64,000 nucleotides of DNA from Clostridia bacterium (GCA_017415805.1 JAFQEC010000019.1:4814-68813); one strand, 5' to 3'; positions 1 to 9,377 are shown, counted from the stretch's first letter. Numbers and translations: made by a program. Notes: generated from the letters alone by a model not told the origin.

Positions 1-1
1 G

Positions 2-280
2 ATTGCCGTGCTTCCGATCGATATTTGTGGCGCGCTCAGTATGAAAAACCGCTACCGTACCCGTGCGTTACTGGTCTTTCTCAACCGCCGCCCCGAGAAC
101 GTGATACTGGATATCGTTTCGCGCGAGCTCGATGCGCGCGACAAAACGCGCCGCATCCTCTCACTCACGGATGAATACCGCAACGAGGAGCTTTGCGACG
201 TCAGCATGAGTGCCGACCGCCCCGCGGACGCGGTCGCCGCCGCCGTTGCCGATGCCGCCAAAAACCCCCTTGGGCGCTGA
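2..280 (+). CDS. 3' end of an unidentified protein-coding gene truncated by the window edge
   Basis: Frame open from position 2 to TGA at 278-280; no motif I can assign. Confidence 0.3.
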   Translation: MAVLPIDICGALSMKNRYRTRALLVFLNRRPENVILDIVSRELDARDKTRRILSLTDEYRNEELCDVSMSADRPADAVAAAVADAAKNPLGR

Positions 281-318
281 GCGTATTTTATTAAAGAAGC
301 CGAAAAAAGCAAAAATGC

Positions 319-347
319 TTGACATTTGCATATTTATGCGCTATAAT
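319..347 (+). promoter_or_regulatory. sigma-A-type promoter of the amino-acid ABC operon
   Basis: TTGACA (319-324), 17-nt spacer, TATAAT (342-347). Confidence 0.55.
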
Positions 348-418
348 GATGCATGGTTGCAGTGCAACCCAAATACACGCTCGCTACCGCGAGCTACATT
401 TACGGAAGGAAAGACATC

Positions 419-1312
419 ATGAAAAAGATTTTGAGTCTTGTGCTGGCAATGCTGATGCTCGTCACGGTTGTGACCACGCTTGCATCCTGCGGCAAGAAGA
501 ACGACGATCTCACGGCTCTGGACGCAGTGGACCTGCTCAAGGAGGACTTTGGAATCGGCGTGAAGAAGAACAACCCCGAGCTGCTCGCCGCCGTTAACAA
601 GGTGGTGGACGAGTGGGTCGACAACGGCAATATGGCAAAGTACGAGAAGTATTATACCGATCTTGCGACCTTTGCCGAGGATGAGACCGGCACTGTTATC
701 GCGCCCTCTGCGGGCGACCTGAAGGTTTCTTGGGATTTCGGTAACGCGACCGAGACCATCACGGTCTATACCGAGTCGGGCTTTGCTCCCTTCGAGTTTA
801 TCTATGAGGGCAAGGTTGTCGGTCTGGATATCGCTATTATGAGCCAGGTTGCTGTCAACATGGGCAAGAAGATCGTGGTTGAGGACATTCTGTTCGACAC
901 CATTCCGACTGCTGTAAAGAGCGACTCGGGTCTCGCAGTTGCGGCCGCAGGCCTCACCATCACCGAGGACCGCGCACAGGAGATGGACTTCTCCAATGTC
1001 TATTACAGCTCCACGCTGGTCGTGGTCTCCGATAAGAAGGATGCCTATGACAGCGTTGCCGACCTTGCAGGCCTGAAGGTTGGCGTGCAGGAGGGCACCA
1101 GCGGTGACCTCATCATCTCGGCCGCCAAGGGTCAGGGTCACGTCTACGAGGACGGCGACGGCAACGAGAAGACCGTCAAGATCGACGGTGCGACCGAGGT
1201 CGTGCAGTATAAGCAGTACGCGCTCGCGCTGGCCGACCTGAAGTCGGGCCGTATTGACGCGATCCTGATGGATAAGCTGCCCGCACTGACCATGCTCAAG
1301 GCCGCTGACTAA
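419..1312 (+). CDS. polar amino-acid ABC transporter substrate-binding lipoprotein
   Basis: Signal peptide plus lipobox (TTLASCGKK), family-3 solute-binding protein by eye; ATG 419 follows GGAAGGAAAG SD, ORF-track start 353 has none. Confidence 0.85.
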   Translation: MKKILSLVLAMLMLVTVVTTLASCGKKNDDLTALDAVDLLKEDFGIGVKKNNPELLAAVNKVVDEWVDNGNMAKYEKYYTDLATFAEDETGTVIAPSAGDLKVSWDFGNATETITVYTESGFAPFEFIYEGKVVGLDIAIMSQVAVNMGKKIVVEDILFDTIPTAVKSDSGLAVAAAGLTITEDRAQEMDFSNVYYSSTLVVVSDKKDAYDSVADLAGLKVGVQEGTSGDLIISAAKGQGHVYEDGDGNEKTVKIDGATEVVQYKQYALALADLKSGRIDAILMDKLPALTMLKAAD

Positions 1313-1324
1313 TACAACGCAAGC

Positions 1325-1356
1325 GAAGGGTGAAGGGGCGTGCTCCTTCACCCTTC
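1325..1356 (+). other. intra-operon stem-loop without U tract (possible mRNA stabiliser or partial terminator)
   Basis: Perfect 12-bp inverted repeat GAAGGGTGAAGG / CCTTCACCCTTC, 8-nt loop, between binding-protein stop and permease start. Confidence 0.5.
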
Positions 1357-1375
1357 CCAAATGAAAAGAGGATTT

Positions 1376-2089
1376 ATGGAACAGCTGTGGAGACGGTTTT
1401 CACGCGCGTTTTTTGTGCAGGACCGTTGGAAAATGTACTTGGAGGGCCTTGGCAACACATTGCTGATCGCCCTGATCGCTGCTGCCATCGGTATTTTTAT
1501 CGGTGTTACGATGGCAATGATCAATTATATCAACAAGAAAACAGGCAAGCTCAAGCCCGCCGCCGCGGTCTGCCGCTTTTACATTACGCTTGTGCGCGGC
1601 ACGCCCGTGGTGCTGCAATTGATGATCCTGTACTTTGTCGTGTTCGCCTTTTGGGATAACGGCATCATGATCGGCGCGATCACCTTTGGTCTCAACTCGG
1701 GCGCGTACGTGGCCGAGATCGCACGCTCGGGCTTTGAGAGCGTGGATGACGGCCAGATGGAGGCAGGGCGCTCGCTCGGTCTTTCGACCTGGCAGACCAT
1801 GCGCTCGATCATCATTCCGCAGGCCGTGCGCAACTGCCTGCCCCCCCTGTTCAACGAGTTCATCATGCTGGTCAAGGAAACGGCCATCGTGGGTTATGTG
1901 GGTATTTACGATCTGGGCAAGATCCCCGGACTCATTCAGTCGCGCACATTCGACTATCTGTTCCCGTTGCTGATTGCGGCGGCGCTGTATTTGGTCGTGG
2001 TTATGGCGTTGACGCGTATCCTGCATATGATCGAGCGAAACCTGGCCAAAAGCGACCGCAACCGTGGAGGTGTCAGGAATGGAAAATAA
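1376..2089 (+). CDS. polar amino-acid ABC transporter permease
   Basis: Hydrophobic multi-TM protein with His/Glu/Gln/Arg-type permease loop ([22 protein letters not shown]); ATG 1376 follows AAGAGGA. Confidence 0.85.
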   Translation: MEQLWRRFSRAFFVQDRWKMYLEGLGNTLLIALIAAAIGIFIGVTMAMINYINKKTGKLKPAAAVCRFYITLVRGTPVVLQLMILYFVVFAFWDNGIMIGAITFGLNSGAYVAEIARSGFESVDDGQMEAGRSLGLSTWQTMRSIIIPQAVRNCLPPLFNEFIMLVKETAIVGYVGIYDLGKIPGLIQSRTFDYLFPLLIAAALYLVVVMALTRILHMIERNLAKSDRNRGGVRNGK

Positions 2090-2885
2090 CGTTTTGATCG
2101 AGGTGCGCGCGCTTTCCAAGAGCTTCGGCGAGCTGGAGGTGCTCAAATCCGTCTCGGTGGATATCCGCAAGGGTGAGAAGGTCGTTATCGTTGGTGCATC
2201 GGGCTCGGGCAAGAGCACGCTGCTGCGGTGTCTGAACTGCCTGGAGGATCCCACGGGCGGCGAGATCATTTTTGAGAATGAGAACCTTGCCGATCCCAAG
2301 GTCAACATCAACATTCATCGCCAGAAGATGGGCATGGTGTTCCAGCAGTTCAATTTGTTCAACAACAAAAACGTGTTGGAGAACATTATGCTCGCACCCG
2401 TTACCATCCGTCTCAAAAGGCTGCGCACCGAAAAGCGCCGCGCTCTTTTCAAGAAGGGCGATAAGCCCACCGAGACCAAGGAGCAGATCCTCGCCGAGGA
2501 GCGCGAAAAGGCCATGAAGCTGCTGGCGCGCATCGGCTTGGAGGACAAGGCCGAGGTCTATCCCTCCACGCTCTCGGGCGGTCAGAAGCAGCGTATCGCC
2601 ATCGTGCGCGCGCTTGCCATGAACCCCAAGGTCATGCTCTTTGACGAGCCGACCTCCGCGCTTGACCCTGAAATGGTGGGCGAGGTGCTGGATCTGATGA
2701 AGCAGCTGGCGAACGAGGGCATGACGATGGTGATCGTCACGCACGAGATGGGCTTTGCCCGTGAGGTTGCCGACCGCGTGCTCTTTATGGACGGCGGCGT
2801 GATCGCCGAGCAGGGCACACCTGCCGAGGTGTTCGGCGCGCCCAAGAGCGAGCGATTGAAGGCTTTTCTTGCAAAAGTGCTGTAA
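2079..2885 (+). CDS. polar amino-acid ABC transporter ATP-binding protein
   Basis: Walker [10 protein letters not shown], signature LSGGQKQR, Walker [13 protein letters not shown]; GGAGG SD; overlaps permease end by 11 nt. Confidence 0.9.
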   Translation: MENNVLIEVRALSKSFGELEVLKSVSVDIRKGEKVVIVGASGSGKSTLLRCLNCLEDPTGGEIIFENENLADPKVNINIHRQKMGMVFQQFNLFNNKNVLENIMLAPVTIRLKRLRTEKRRALFKKGDKPTETKEQILAEEREKAMKLLARIGLEDKAEVYPSTLSGGQKQRIAIVRALAMNPKVMLFDEPTSALDPEMVGEVLDLMKQLANEGMTMVIVTHEMGFAREVADRVLFMDGGVIAEQGTPAEVFGAPKSERLKAFLAKVL

Positions 2886-2892
2886 GACAGAC

Positions 2893-2921
2893 TTGACAAA
2901 GCTTTTTCTTTGTAATATACT
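2893..2921 (+). promoter_or_regulatory. sigma-A-type promoter for glmM
   Basis: TTGACA (2893-2898), 17 nt, TATACT (2916-2921); predicted start lies inside the 5' arm of the adjacent hairpin. Confidence 0.45.
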
Positions 2922-2956
2922 GAAAGAAGGGGATCTACCCCTTCTTTCGCTTTTTT
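2922..2956 (+). terminator. intrinsic terminator of the ABC operon
   Basis: 11-bp stem GAAAGAAGGGG / CCCCTTCTTTC, 5-nt loop, then GCTTTTTT. Confidence 0.7.
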
Positions 2957-2975
2957 GGTGAGAAAGGAGCACACA

Positions 2976-4316
2976 ATGGGCAAGTATTTTGGTACAGACG
3001 GATTTCGCGGCGAGGTCAACGTCGATCTCACGGCGGAGCATGCATGGCGCATCGGACGCTTTCTCGGCTGGTATTTCGGCCGCGATCACCGCGCGCGCGT
3101 GGTGATCGGCAAGGATACGCGGCGCTCCTCGTACACGCTGGAGTATGCGTTGGTCGCAGGCCTGACCGCCTCGGGCGCGGATGCCTATATCCTGCACGTC
3201 ATTCCCACGCCGGGTGTTTCCTTTGTGACACGTGCCGATCAGTTTGACTGCGGCATCATGATCTCGGCCAGCCACAATCCGTATTATGACAATGGCATCA
3301 AGCTCTTCGACCACAACGGAGAGAAGATGGATGAGCAGACCATTGCGGCGCTGGAGGAGTATCTGGATCAGAACAGCGAGGTGCCCTTCGCACGCGGTGC
3401 GGATATCGGTGTTGCCGTGGACAACGTAGCGGCACGCAATCGGTATCTGGGCTACCTCATTTCGCTGGCCACGGTCTCCTACCGCGGCAAAAGGGTGGGT
3501 CTTGACTGTGCTAACGGCAGCTCGTGGATGATGGCGAAGGCGGTGTTCGACGCGCTGGGTGCAACCACCTACGTGATCGGAAACGCCCCCAACGGGTTGA
3601 ATATCAACGAAAATGCGGGCTCTACCCACATTGAGGGCTTGCAGGCCTTCGTGAAGGAGAAGGGACTGGACGTTGGCTTTGCCTTTGACGGCGACGCCGA
3701 CCGTTGCCTTGCCGTGGATGCAAACGGCAACGTGGTGGACGGCGATGCGATCCTGTACGTCATGGGCAAGTACATGAAGGAGCGCGGCACGCTCGATCAC
3801 AATACCGTTGTTACCACCGTAATGTCGAATTTCGGCCTGTACAAGGCCTTTGACCGTCTTGGCATTTCCTATGAAAAGACCGCCGTGGGCGACAAATACG
3901 TCTATGAATGTATGGCGAAAAACGGCCACCGTTTGGGCGGTGAGCAGTCGGGCCATATCATTTTCAGCAAGGTGGCCAACACGGGAGACGGTATCATTAC
4001 CGCTATTTATCTCATGGAGCTGATCTGCAACAGCGGCAAGCCGTTGCATGTGCTCACCGAGGGCTTCGTGCGCTATCCGCAGCTGCTCAAGAACGTGCGC
4101 GTGATCGACAAGAATACCGCCATGAAGGACGAGGCAGTGCTTGCGGCGGTCGCCGCGGCAGAGGCAGAGCTGGACGGCGCGGGACGTATGCTGGTGCGTG
4201 CCAGCGGTACCGAGCCCCTGGTGCGCGTGATGGCAGAGGCCGAGAGCATGGAGCTGTGCGAAAAACATGTGGCGGACGTGATCGCCGTGATGCGAAAGAG
4301 AGGACTGCTGGAATGA
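2976..4316 (+). CDS. glmM: phosphoglucosamine mutase
   Basis: N-terminal GTDGFRG, active-site SASHNP, phosphohexomutase length and layout; GAAAGGAG SD. Confidence 0.95.
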   Translation: MGKYFGTDGFRGEVNVDLTAEHAWRIGRFLGWYFGRDHRARVVIGKDTRRSSYTLEYALVAGLTASGADAYILHVIPTPGVSFVTRADQFDCGIMISASHNPYYDNGIKLFDHNGEKMDEQTIAALEEYLDQNSEVPFARGADIGVAVDNVAARNRYLGYLISLATVSYRGKRVGLDCANGSSWMMAKAVFDALGATTYVIGNAPNGLNINENAGSTHIEGLQAFVKEKGLDVGFAFDGDADRCLAVDANGNVVDGDAILYVMGKYMKERGTLDHNTVVTTVMSNFGLYKAFDRLGISYEKTAVGDKYVYECMAKNGHRLGGEQSGHIIFSKVANTGDGIITAIYLMELICNSGKPLHVLTEGFVRYPQLLKNVRVIDKNTAMKDEAVLAAVAAAEAELDGAGRMLVRASGTEPLVRVMAEAESMELCEKHVADVIAVMRKRGLLE

Positions 4317-4978
4317 AGGACGTGCGGATTGCGGAGCTGTTTGATCTGACGCATACGCGCGCGGAGGAGCTCTTGCGCGAAAAGCAATGCCCGTGGGAGG
4401 CTCTTTTCGAGATCGGCGCATGGATCCTTGCCATCGGCGAGACGCTCGACCCCGCCTGCTTTGATCACCCTGCCCCCGACGTATGGATCGCAAAGAGCGC
4501 AAAAATTGCGCCCACCGCAAGCATCACGGGCCCCTGCATCATTGATGAGGAGACCGAGGTGCGCCCGGGTGCCTTCGTTCGCGGAAACGTGCTTGTGGGC
4601 GCAGGCGCGGTGGTGGGAAACTCCACCGAGCTCAAAAACGTGATCCTGTTTGACGGCGTGCAGGTGCCGCACTACAACTATGTGGGCGACTCGATCCTCG
4701 GCTACCGTGCGCACATGGGCGCGGGCTCTATAACCTCTAATGTCAAGGGCGACAAGAGCCTTGTTGTGATCAAGAACGGCGAGGAAACGATCGAAACGGG
4801 TCGCAAAAAGGTAGGCGCGATGCTCGGTGACTTCGCCGAGATCGGCTGTGGCTGTGTCCTCAACCCCGGCACGGTCGTGGGGCGGCGCACACAGATCTAT
4901 CCGCTCACGTCGGTGCGCGGTGTCCTGCCTGCTGATGCGATCTGCAAGGCGATGGACAATATTGTTTTACGTAAATAA
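4313..4978 (+). CDS. left-handed beta-helix (hexapeptide-repeat) acyltransferase, GlmU C-terminal-domain-like
   Basis: Hexapeptide repeats (GNVLVGAGAVVGNSTELKNVILFDGVQV..., GDFAEIGCGCVLNPGTVVG); ATG overlaps glmM stop (ATGA). Confidence 0.6.
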   Translation: MKDVRIAELFDLTHTRAEELLREKQCPWEALFEIGAWILAIGETLDPACFDHPAPDVWIAKSAKIAPTASITGPCIIDEETEVRPGAFVRGNVLVGAGAVVGNSTELKNVILFDGVQVPHYNYVGDSILGYRAHMGAGSITSNVKGDKSLVVIKNGEETIETGRKKVGAMLGDFAEIGCGCVLNPGTVVGRRTQIYPLTSVRGVLPADAICKAMDNIVLRK

Positions 4979-4983
4979 GAAAA

Positions 4984-5012
4984 AGGGGCAGTCGTGCGGC
5001 TGCCTCTTTTTT
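4984..5012 (+). terminator. intrinsic terminator after the glmM pair
   Basis: 8-bp stem AGGGGCAG / CTGCCTCT (one G-U), 8-nt loop, T-run. Confidence 0.65.
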
Positions 5013-5069
5013 GCGTGGAAACGAGATCTCTTTCAGAGCCTGTAAAATACTTGGATTTGTATAAACGCA

Positions 5070-5098
5070 TTGACACGACAATAAAAAAAGGGTATACT
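5070..5098 (+). promoter_or_regulatory. sigma-A-type promoter for galE
   Basis: TTGACA (5070-5075), 17 nt, TATACT (5093-5098), GG immediately upstream of -10. Confidence 0.55.
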
Positions 5099-5141
5099 GA
5101 TATCAGATAAAATGCGGTTTTGCGCGGAAGGGCGGTATAGG

Positions 5142-6152
5142 ATGAGGGTTTTGTTGACAGGCGGTGCGGGTTATATCGGTAGCCATACCATTGTGGAGAT
5201 GTGCGAAGCGGGACACGACGTTGTCGTGGTGGATAACCTCTCCAACAGCTCCCCCCGCGCAATTGATCGCGTGGAGCAGATCGTGGGAAAGAAGATCCCG
5301 TTCTACGTGGCCGACGTTGCCGACGAGGCGGCGATGGACCGCATCTTTGCCGAGCAAAAAATTGACGCCGTGGTGCATTTTGCAGGCTTGAAGGCCGTGG
5401 GTGAATCGGTGCGCATCCCGCTTGCATACTATTCCAATAACCTCGACTCCACCTTCGCGCTTCTGCGCGCTATGGAGAAGGCGGGCGTGAAAAAACTGAT
5501 CTTCAGCTCGTCCGCCACGGTCTACGGCACGCCTGAAAAGTGCCCCATTACCGAGGATAGCCCCACGGGCAACTGCTCCAACCCCTACGGCTGGACCAAG
5601 TTTATGATCGAGCAGATCCTGAGGGACTACACCTATGCCAACCCCGAGATGCAGGTCATTTTGTTGCGCTATTTCAACCCCGTTGGCGCACATAAGAGCG
5701 GCCGCATCGGCGAGATGCCCAACGGCATCCCCAACAACCTCATGCCCTATATCACGCAGGTGGCCGTGGGCAAGCTGCCCCAGCTTTCGATCTACGGCAA
5801 CGATTATCCCACCCCCGACGGCACGGGCGTGCGCGATTATATCCACGTGGTGGATCTGGCGCGTGGCCACGTGGCGGCTCTCGGCTACGACAAGGCGGGC
5901 GTTGCCGTGTTTAACCTCGGAACGGGCGTCGGATACAGCGTGCTGGATATGGTCAACACCTTCAGCCGCGTGAACAACGTGCCCGTGCCCTATCGGATCG
6001 CTGCGCGTCGCCCCGGTGATATTGCGGCGTGCTACGCCGACCCCGAGAAGGCGCAAAAGGAGCTCGGCTGGCGTGCCGTGCATACGCTGGAGGATATGGT
6101 GCGCGACTCCTGGAACTGGCAGTCGAACAATCCCAACGGCTACGAAAAGTAA
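5142..6152 (+). CDS. galE: UDP-glucose 4-epimerase
   Basis: Rossmann GGAGYIGSH, SSSATVYG, catalytic Y-x3-K (NPYGWTK), ~336 aa. Confidence 0.9.
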   Translation: MRVLLTGGAGYIGSHTIVEMCEAGHDVVVVDNLSNSSPRAIDRVEQIVGKKIPFYVADVADEAAMDRIFAEQKIDAVVHFAGLKAVGESVRIPLAYYSNNLDSTFALLRAMEKAGVKKLIFSSSATVYGTPEKCPITEDSPTGNCSNPYGWTKFMIEQILRDYTYANPEMQVILLRYFNPVGAHKSGRIGEMPNGIPNNLMPYITQVAVGKLPQLSIYGNDYPTPDGTGVRDYIHVVDLARGHVAALGYDKAGVAVFNLGTGVGYSVLDMVNTFSRVNNVPVPYRIAARRPGDIAACYADPEKAQKELGWRAVHTLEDMVRDSWNWQSNNPNGYEK

Positions 6153-6170
6153 GCGTAATATCATCGAAAA

Positions 6171-6201
6171 GAGCGGTGCTATGCACCGCTCGTTTCGATT
6201 T
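6171..6201 (+). terminator. probable terminator after galE
   Basis: 9-bp stem GAGCGGTGC / GCACCGCTC, 3-nt loop, interrupted T-run GTTTCGATTT. Confidence 0.5.
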
Positions 6202-6249
6202 GTGCAGATTGTCAAACGTGCTATGCGTTGCTTTTGTGGGGATTGCCCC

Positions 6250-6278
6250 TTGCATAAAATCTCAAAATGTGGTAAAAT
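6250..6278 (+). promoter_or_regulatory. sigma-A-type promoter for the CarD-family gene
   Basis: TTGCAT (6250-6255), 17 nt ending TGG, TAAAAT (6273-6278). Confidence 0.5.
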
Positions 6279-6332
6279 AATAATAGTGACAACCGCGCGT
6301 GCGTCGCGCAAAAACGGTAAGGAGGATGCGGA

Positions 6333-6839
6333 ATGTTTGAGATCGGTGAGCACATCGTATACGGCATAAACGGTATTTGCCGCGTGGCAGACGTTGGTCC
6401 GTCGCCCTATGATCCCACGGACACGCGCACCTTTTACCTTCTGATCCCCGTGAACAATCACACGAGCTCCAGCATCTATACCCCCGTGGACAACGTGCGT
6501 GTGCCGATGCGGCGCTTGATGACCCGAGACGAGATCGATGCGCTGGTTGCCGCCCTGCCCGAGATCGAGATGCTGCAAATCTCCGTGGAAAAACAGCGGC
6601 GCGAGGTCTATCGTGCAACCATCCACGAGCTGCGCCCCGAGGGGTATGTCAGCGTCATCAAGACGGTCAACCGCCGTCGGCGCGATCTTGCCGCCGCGCA
6701 CAAGCACTTTCCCGTAACGGACTTGGAGTACGGCCGCCTTGCGCGGCATCTGCTTTGCAGTGAGTGTGCACACGTGCTGGGACTTACCGAGGATGAGGCC
6801 GACGCATATTTGCTCTCCGCGTTGCAGGAGGCGGAGTAA
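6333..6839 (+). CDS. CarD/CdnL-family RNA-polymerase-binding transcription factor
   Basis: N-terminal CarD_CdnL_TRCF-like motif MFEIGEHIVYGINGICRV; 168 aa. Confidence 0.8.
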   Translation: MFEIGEHIVYGINGICRVADVGPSPYDPTDTRTFYLLIPVNNHTSSSIYTPVDNVRVPMRRLMTRDEIDALVAALPEIEMLQISVEKQRREVYRATIHELRPEGYVSVIKTVNRRRRDLAAAHKHFPVTDLEYGRLARHLLCSECAHVLGLTEDEADAYLLSALQEAE

Positions 6840-6842
6840 AGA

Positions 6843-6877
6843 AAAAGCCGATTTCGTATGCCGAAATCGGCTTTTTG
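6843..6877 (+). terminator. intrinsic terminator after the CarD-family gene
   Basis: 10-bp stem GCCGATTTCG / CGAAATCGGC followed by TTTTT. Confidence 0.75.
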
Positions 6878-6878
6878 C

Positions 6879-6907
6879 TTGCAATTTATCTTTTCGTGTG
6901 ATATGAT
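6879..6907 (+). promoter_or_regulatory. sigma-A-type promoter for the MFS gene
   Basis: TTGCAA (6879-6884), 17 nt with TG extended element, TATGAT (6902-6907). Confidence 0.45.
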
Positions 6908-6932
6908 GGAGAAAAAGAAATCGGAGGGGAAT

Positions 6933-8243
6933 ATGGACAAGCCGACAAAAAGCACGCCCCTTGGCGGCAGAGTCTGGTTCACGGCCGTTTTTTTCGGGCT
7001 TGTGGGGCAGATCGCATGGGTGGTAGAGAATATGTATTTCGCCACGCTTGCACAGGATATCTTTGCCAACTCCGGCCGTCAGGATCTGGCCTATATCGTC
7101 ACCACGCTCATGGTCATCTTCTCGGCCATCACCGCCACTCTCACTACGATCTTCGCAGGGGGATTTTGCGATCGCGCAGGGCGCAGAAAGCCCTTTGTGG
7201 CCTACGGCTATATTGCTTGGGGCTTCACGATCATGGCGTTCTCCTTCATCCCCATGCGCGCCGTAGGAAGGGCACAGGTGCTGATCGCGGTCTTGCTGGT
7301 GGTGTTTGATTGCTTGATGACGCTATGCGGCTCTACCGCCAACGATGCCGCCTTCAACGCGTGGGTGACCGACGTGACAGACCCGACCAATCGCGGCAAG
7401 GTCAACTCGGTGCTCTCGGTGCTCCCGGTGTTTGCGGTGGTGATCATTTTCCTGGGGCTTGGCTCACTGTACAGCGCACAGAATGAGAACAACGCGCTGT
7501 TTTTTCTGGTGCTTGGACTGATCCCCGTGCTTGCAGGCGCGCTTGCGCTGGCTTTGTTCCGTGACACACCGTGTCGGGTGCCTGTGAGCGAGCAGACCTC
7601 GCTTGTGCGCGAGACCTTCTATGGCTTTCGCTCCTCAGTGATCCGCGCAAATCCTATGATGTACGTCACGCTGGCCGCGGCCTGTGCGGTCGGCATCGCA
7701 CAGCAGACCTTTTTCTCGTATCTGATCAATTTTGTGGTGCGCACGCTGGGCTTTGGCGACGGATTTGTGGTGCCGATGGCGGTCATCATCGTGGGCGCGG
7801 CACTGCTGACGGGCGGCCTTGGGTTTTTGTTTGACCGCTTCGGCAAAAAGCATTTTTACCTGCCGCTGGCCGTTGGCGTTGTGGTCGGCACGCTCTCGAT
7901 GTATCTGCTCCGATTCCTCACGGGCACGGCCGTCTCGGCGGTGCTTTATATCGGCGGCGTTGTTATGATGGGCGCGATCCTTTCGCTCACGGGTGCGCTG
8001 ACCGCACATTTTCAGGATCAGATCCCCAAGGGCTACGAGGGGCGCTTCCAGGGCGTGCGGATGTTCTTCGTGGTGCTGATCCCCATGATCGTGGGGCCGC
8101 TGATCTCGCTTGCGATCGGCCTTGACGCAATGGGCATGAACGGCGCCGCCTTTGCCCCCACCTATGAGATCTTCCTTGCCGCCTCGATCGTGGCTGCTGT
8201 CTCGCTCGTGCCCCTGTGGCTTGTGCGCCGACACAGTAAATAA
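6933..8243 (+). CDS. MFS transporter, substrate unknown
   Basis: Many hydrophobic TM segments, MFS loop motif DRAGRRKP; start moved to ATG 6933 (GGAGGGG SD) because 6858 lies inside the upstream terminator. Confidence 0.75.
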   Translation: MDKPTKSTPLGGRVWFTAVFFGLVGQIAWVVENMYFATLAQDIFANSGRQDLAYIVTTLMVIFSAITATLTTIFAGGFCDRAGRRKPFVAYGYIAWGFTIMAFSFIPMRAVGRAQVLIAVLLVVFDCLMTLCGSTANDAAFNAWVTDVTDPTNRGKVNSVLSVLPVFAVVIIFLGLGSLYSAQNENNALFFLVLGLIPVLAGALALALFRDTPCRVPVSEQTSLVRETFYGFRSSVIRANPMMYVTLAAACAVGIAQQTFFSYLINFVVRTLGFGDGFVVPMAVIIVGAALLTGGLGFLFDRFGKKHFYLPLAVGVVVGTLSMYLLRFLTGTAVSAVLYIGGVVMMGAILSLTGALTAHFQDQIPKGYEGRFQGVRMFFVVLIPMIVGPLISLAIGLDAMGMNGAAFAPTYEIFLAASIVAAVSLVPLWLVRRHSK

Positions 8244-8244
8244 C

Positions 8245-8281
8245 AAAAAGCCCCGAAACGGATAACATTTCGGGGCTTTTA
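8245..8281. terminator. bidirectional terminator between convergent genes
   Basis: 10-bp stem AGCCCCGAAA / TTTCGGGGCT flanked by A-run and T-run. Confidence 0.75.
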
Positions 8282-9373
8282 TTATCTTTTTTGCATTTTG
8301 CCGTCGCGCAGGATGCGCTTGAGCACAGCGGTAACGGCCTTGGCCATTTGTGCAAAGCCGAGATCGTTGGGGTGCGTGCCGTCCACAGTGCAGGCATCCT
8401 CAAACGGCCCGCGGAACAGGCTCTCGCCGTCCAAAAAGCAGATGTTGCGCTCGCCCCGTGCGCGTGCGTCGCGGAAAGTGTCCAGCACCACGCGTCGGTA
8501 CTCTGCGCTCTGCTCACTGCGAGCATGGTCCGGGCGACTCATCAGCAAAATGGGCAGCTCGGGCTGTGCCGCGCGCACGGTCGCGAACATTTTGGCGTGC
8601 GTGGCGCGCAGATGCTCGGCGGTGGGGGCGTTGTGGTCGTAATCCATCACAAACGCCGACATGCGCAGGCTCGCGATGTAGTGCGCCATCTCATCCTCGC
8701 CCCTTGCGTTGCCCGAAAAGCCGAGGTTGACATGGTCAAGATTCAGCGTGCGCCCGACCATTGCCGGATAGGCGTTGCCGGGGCGAGAGGCACAGCCACC
8801 CTGCGTGATGGACGAGCCGTAGTAGACCACGGGGGCGCAGTCGCGGTAGGGGGCGCCCGCACCGAGCGTCGCGCCCTCCTTGATGCCGATATACACGTCG
8901 GTCACGGCGTTATACAGCGGGAAATTGATGGTGACATAGTGCGTGCCCGACTCGCAAAACTCTATTTTGGATTCATAGCCGTCGGTCATGCCGATCGGCG
9001 GCACAAAGGTGCGGTGATACAGGCTCTCGGTTCCGTCGGGTGCGTCGATGTAAAGATCAAAACCCGCCGAGCCCGAAAGCGGCATGTGCGGCATCGGGTG
9101 CACACATGGCATCACGCATTTGAGCACGATATAGGGAGAATTGGTGGAGAAGCGGATTCGCCCGCCTGCGGTGTGACCGTGCAAACGGTATACACCTTGG
9201 CTGACGCGCTTGGCCACGTCCTCCGGCATACGGCGAAAGACAGGCCCTGACTGCGGCTCATAGAGTCCGTAGAGCGCAAACGGCGGCTTGCGCACGTCAA
9301 ACAGACGGCAGTCGGGTGCGTTGACGGTGGCGCAGACCAGCAGATTTTTGTCCAGACTTCCGATACCGTGCAC
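8282..9373 (-). CDS. SGNH/GDSL-family hydrolase with N-terminal beta-sandwich-like domain
   Basis: Block I GSSITQG and block V DGTHPND; GTG 9373 lies 7 nt after GGAGGA and 4 nt after the proC stop. Confidence 0.7.
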   Translation of the reverse strand: MHGIGSLDKNLLVCATVNAPDCRLFDVRKPPFALYGLYEPQSGPVFRRMPEDVAKRVSQGVYRLHGHTAGGRIRFSTNSPYIVLKCVMPCVHPMPHMPLSGSAGFDLYIDAPDGTESLYHRTFVPPIGMTDGYESKIEFCESGTHYVTINFPLYNAVTDVYIGIKEGATLGAGAPYRDCAPVVYYGSSITQGGCASRPGNAYPAMVGRTLNLDHVNLGFSGNARGEDEMAHYIASLRMSAFVMDYDHNAPTAEHLRATHAKMFATVRAAQPELPILLMSRPDHARSEQSAEYRRVVLDTFRDARARGERNICFLDGESLFRGPFEDACTVDGTHPNDLGFAQMAKAVTAVLKRILRDGKMQKR

Positions 9374-9377
9374 CGTA

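Noticed and set aside
2073-4520. 815-aa ORF on the minus strand
   Set aside because: It is antisense to the ABC ATPase, glmM and the beta-helix gene, all of which have strong motifs. It runs straight through an intergenic promoter and terminator. Its Arg/Ala/Gly/His-rich composition is typical of stop-poor antisense frames in GC-rich DNA.
6858-6932. Longer start for the MFS transporter (ORF-track 6858)
   Set aside because: That start codon lies in the loop of the upstream terminator hairpin and upstream of the predicted promoter. ATG 6933 has a GGAGGGG SD.
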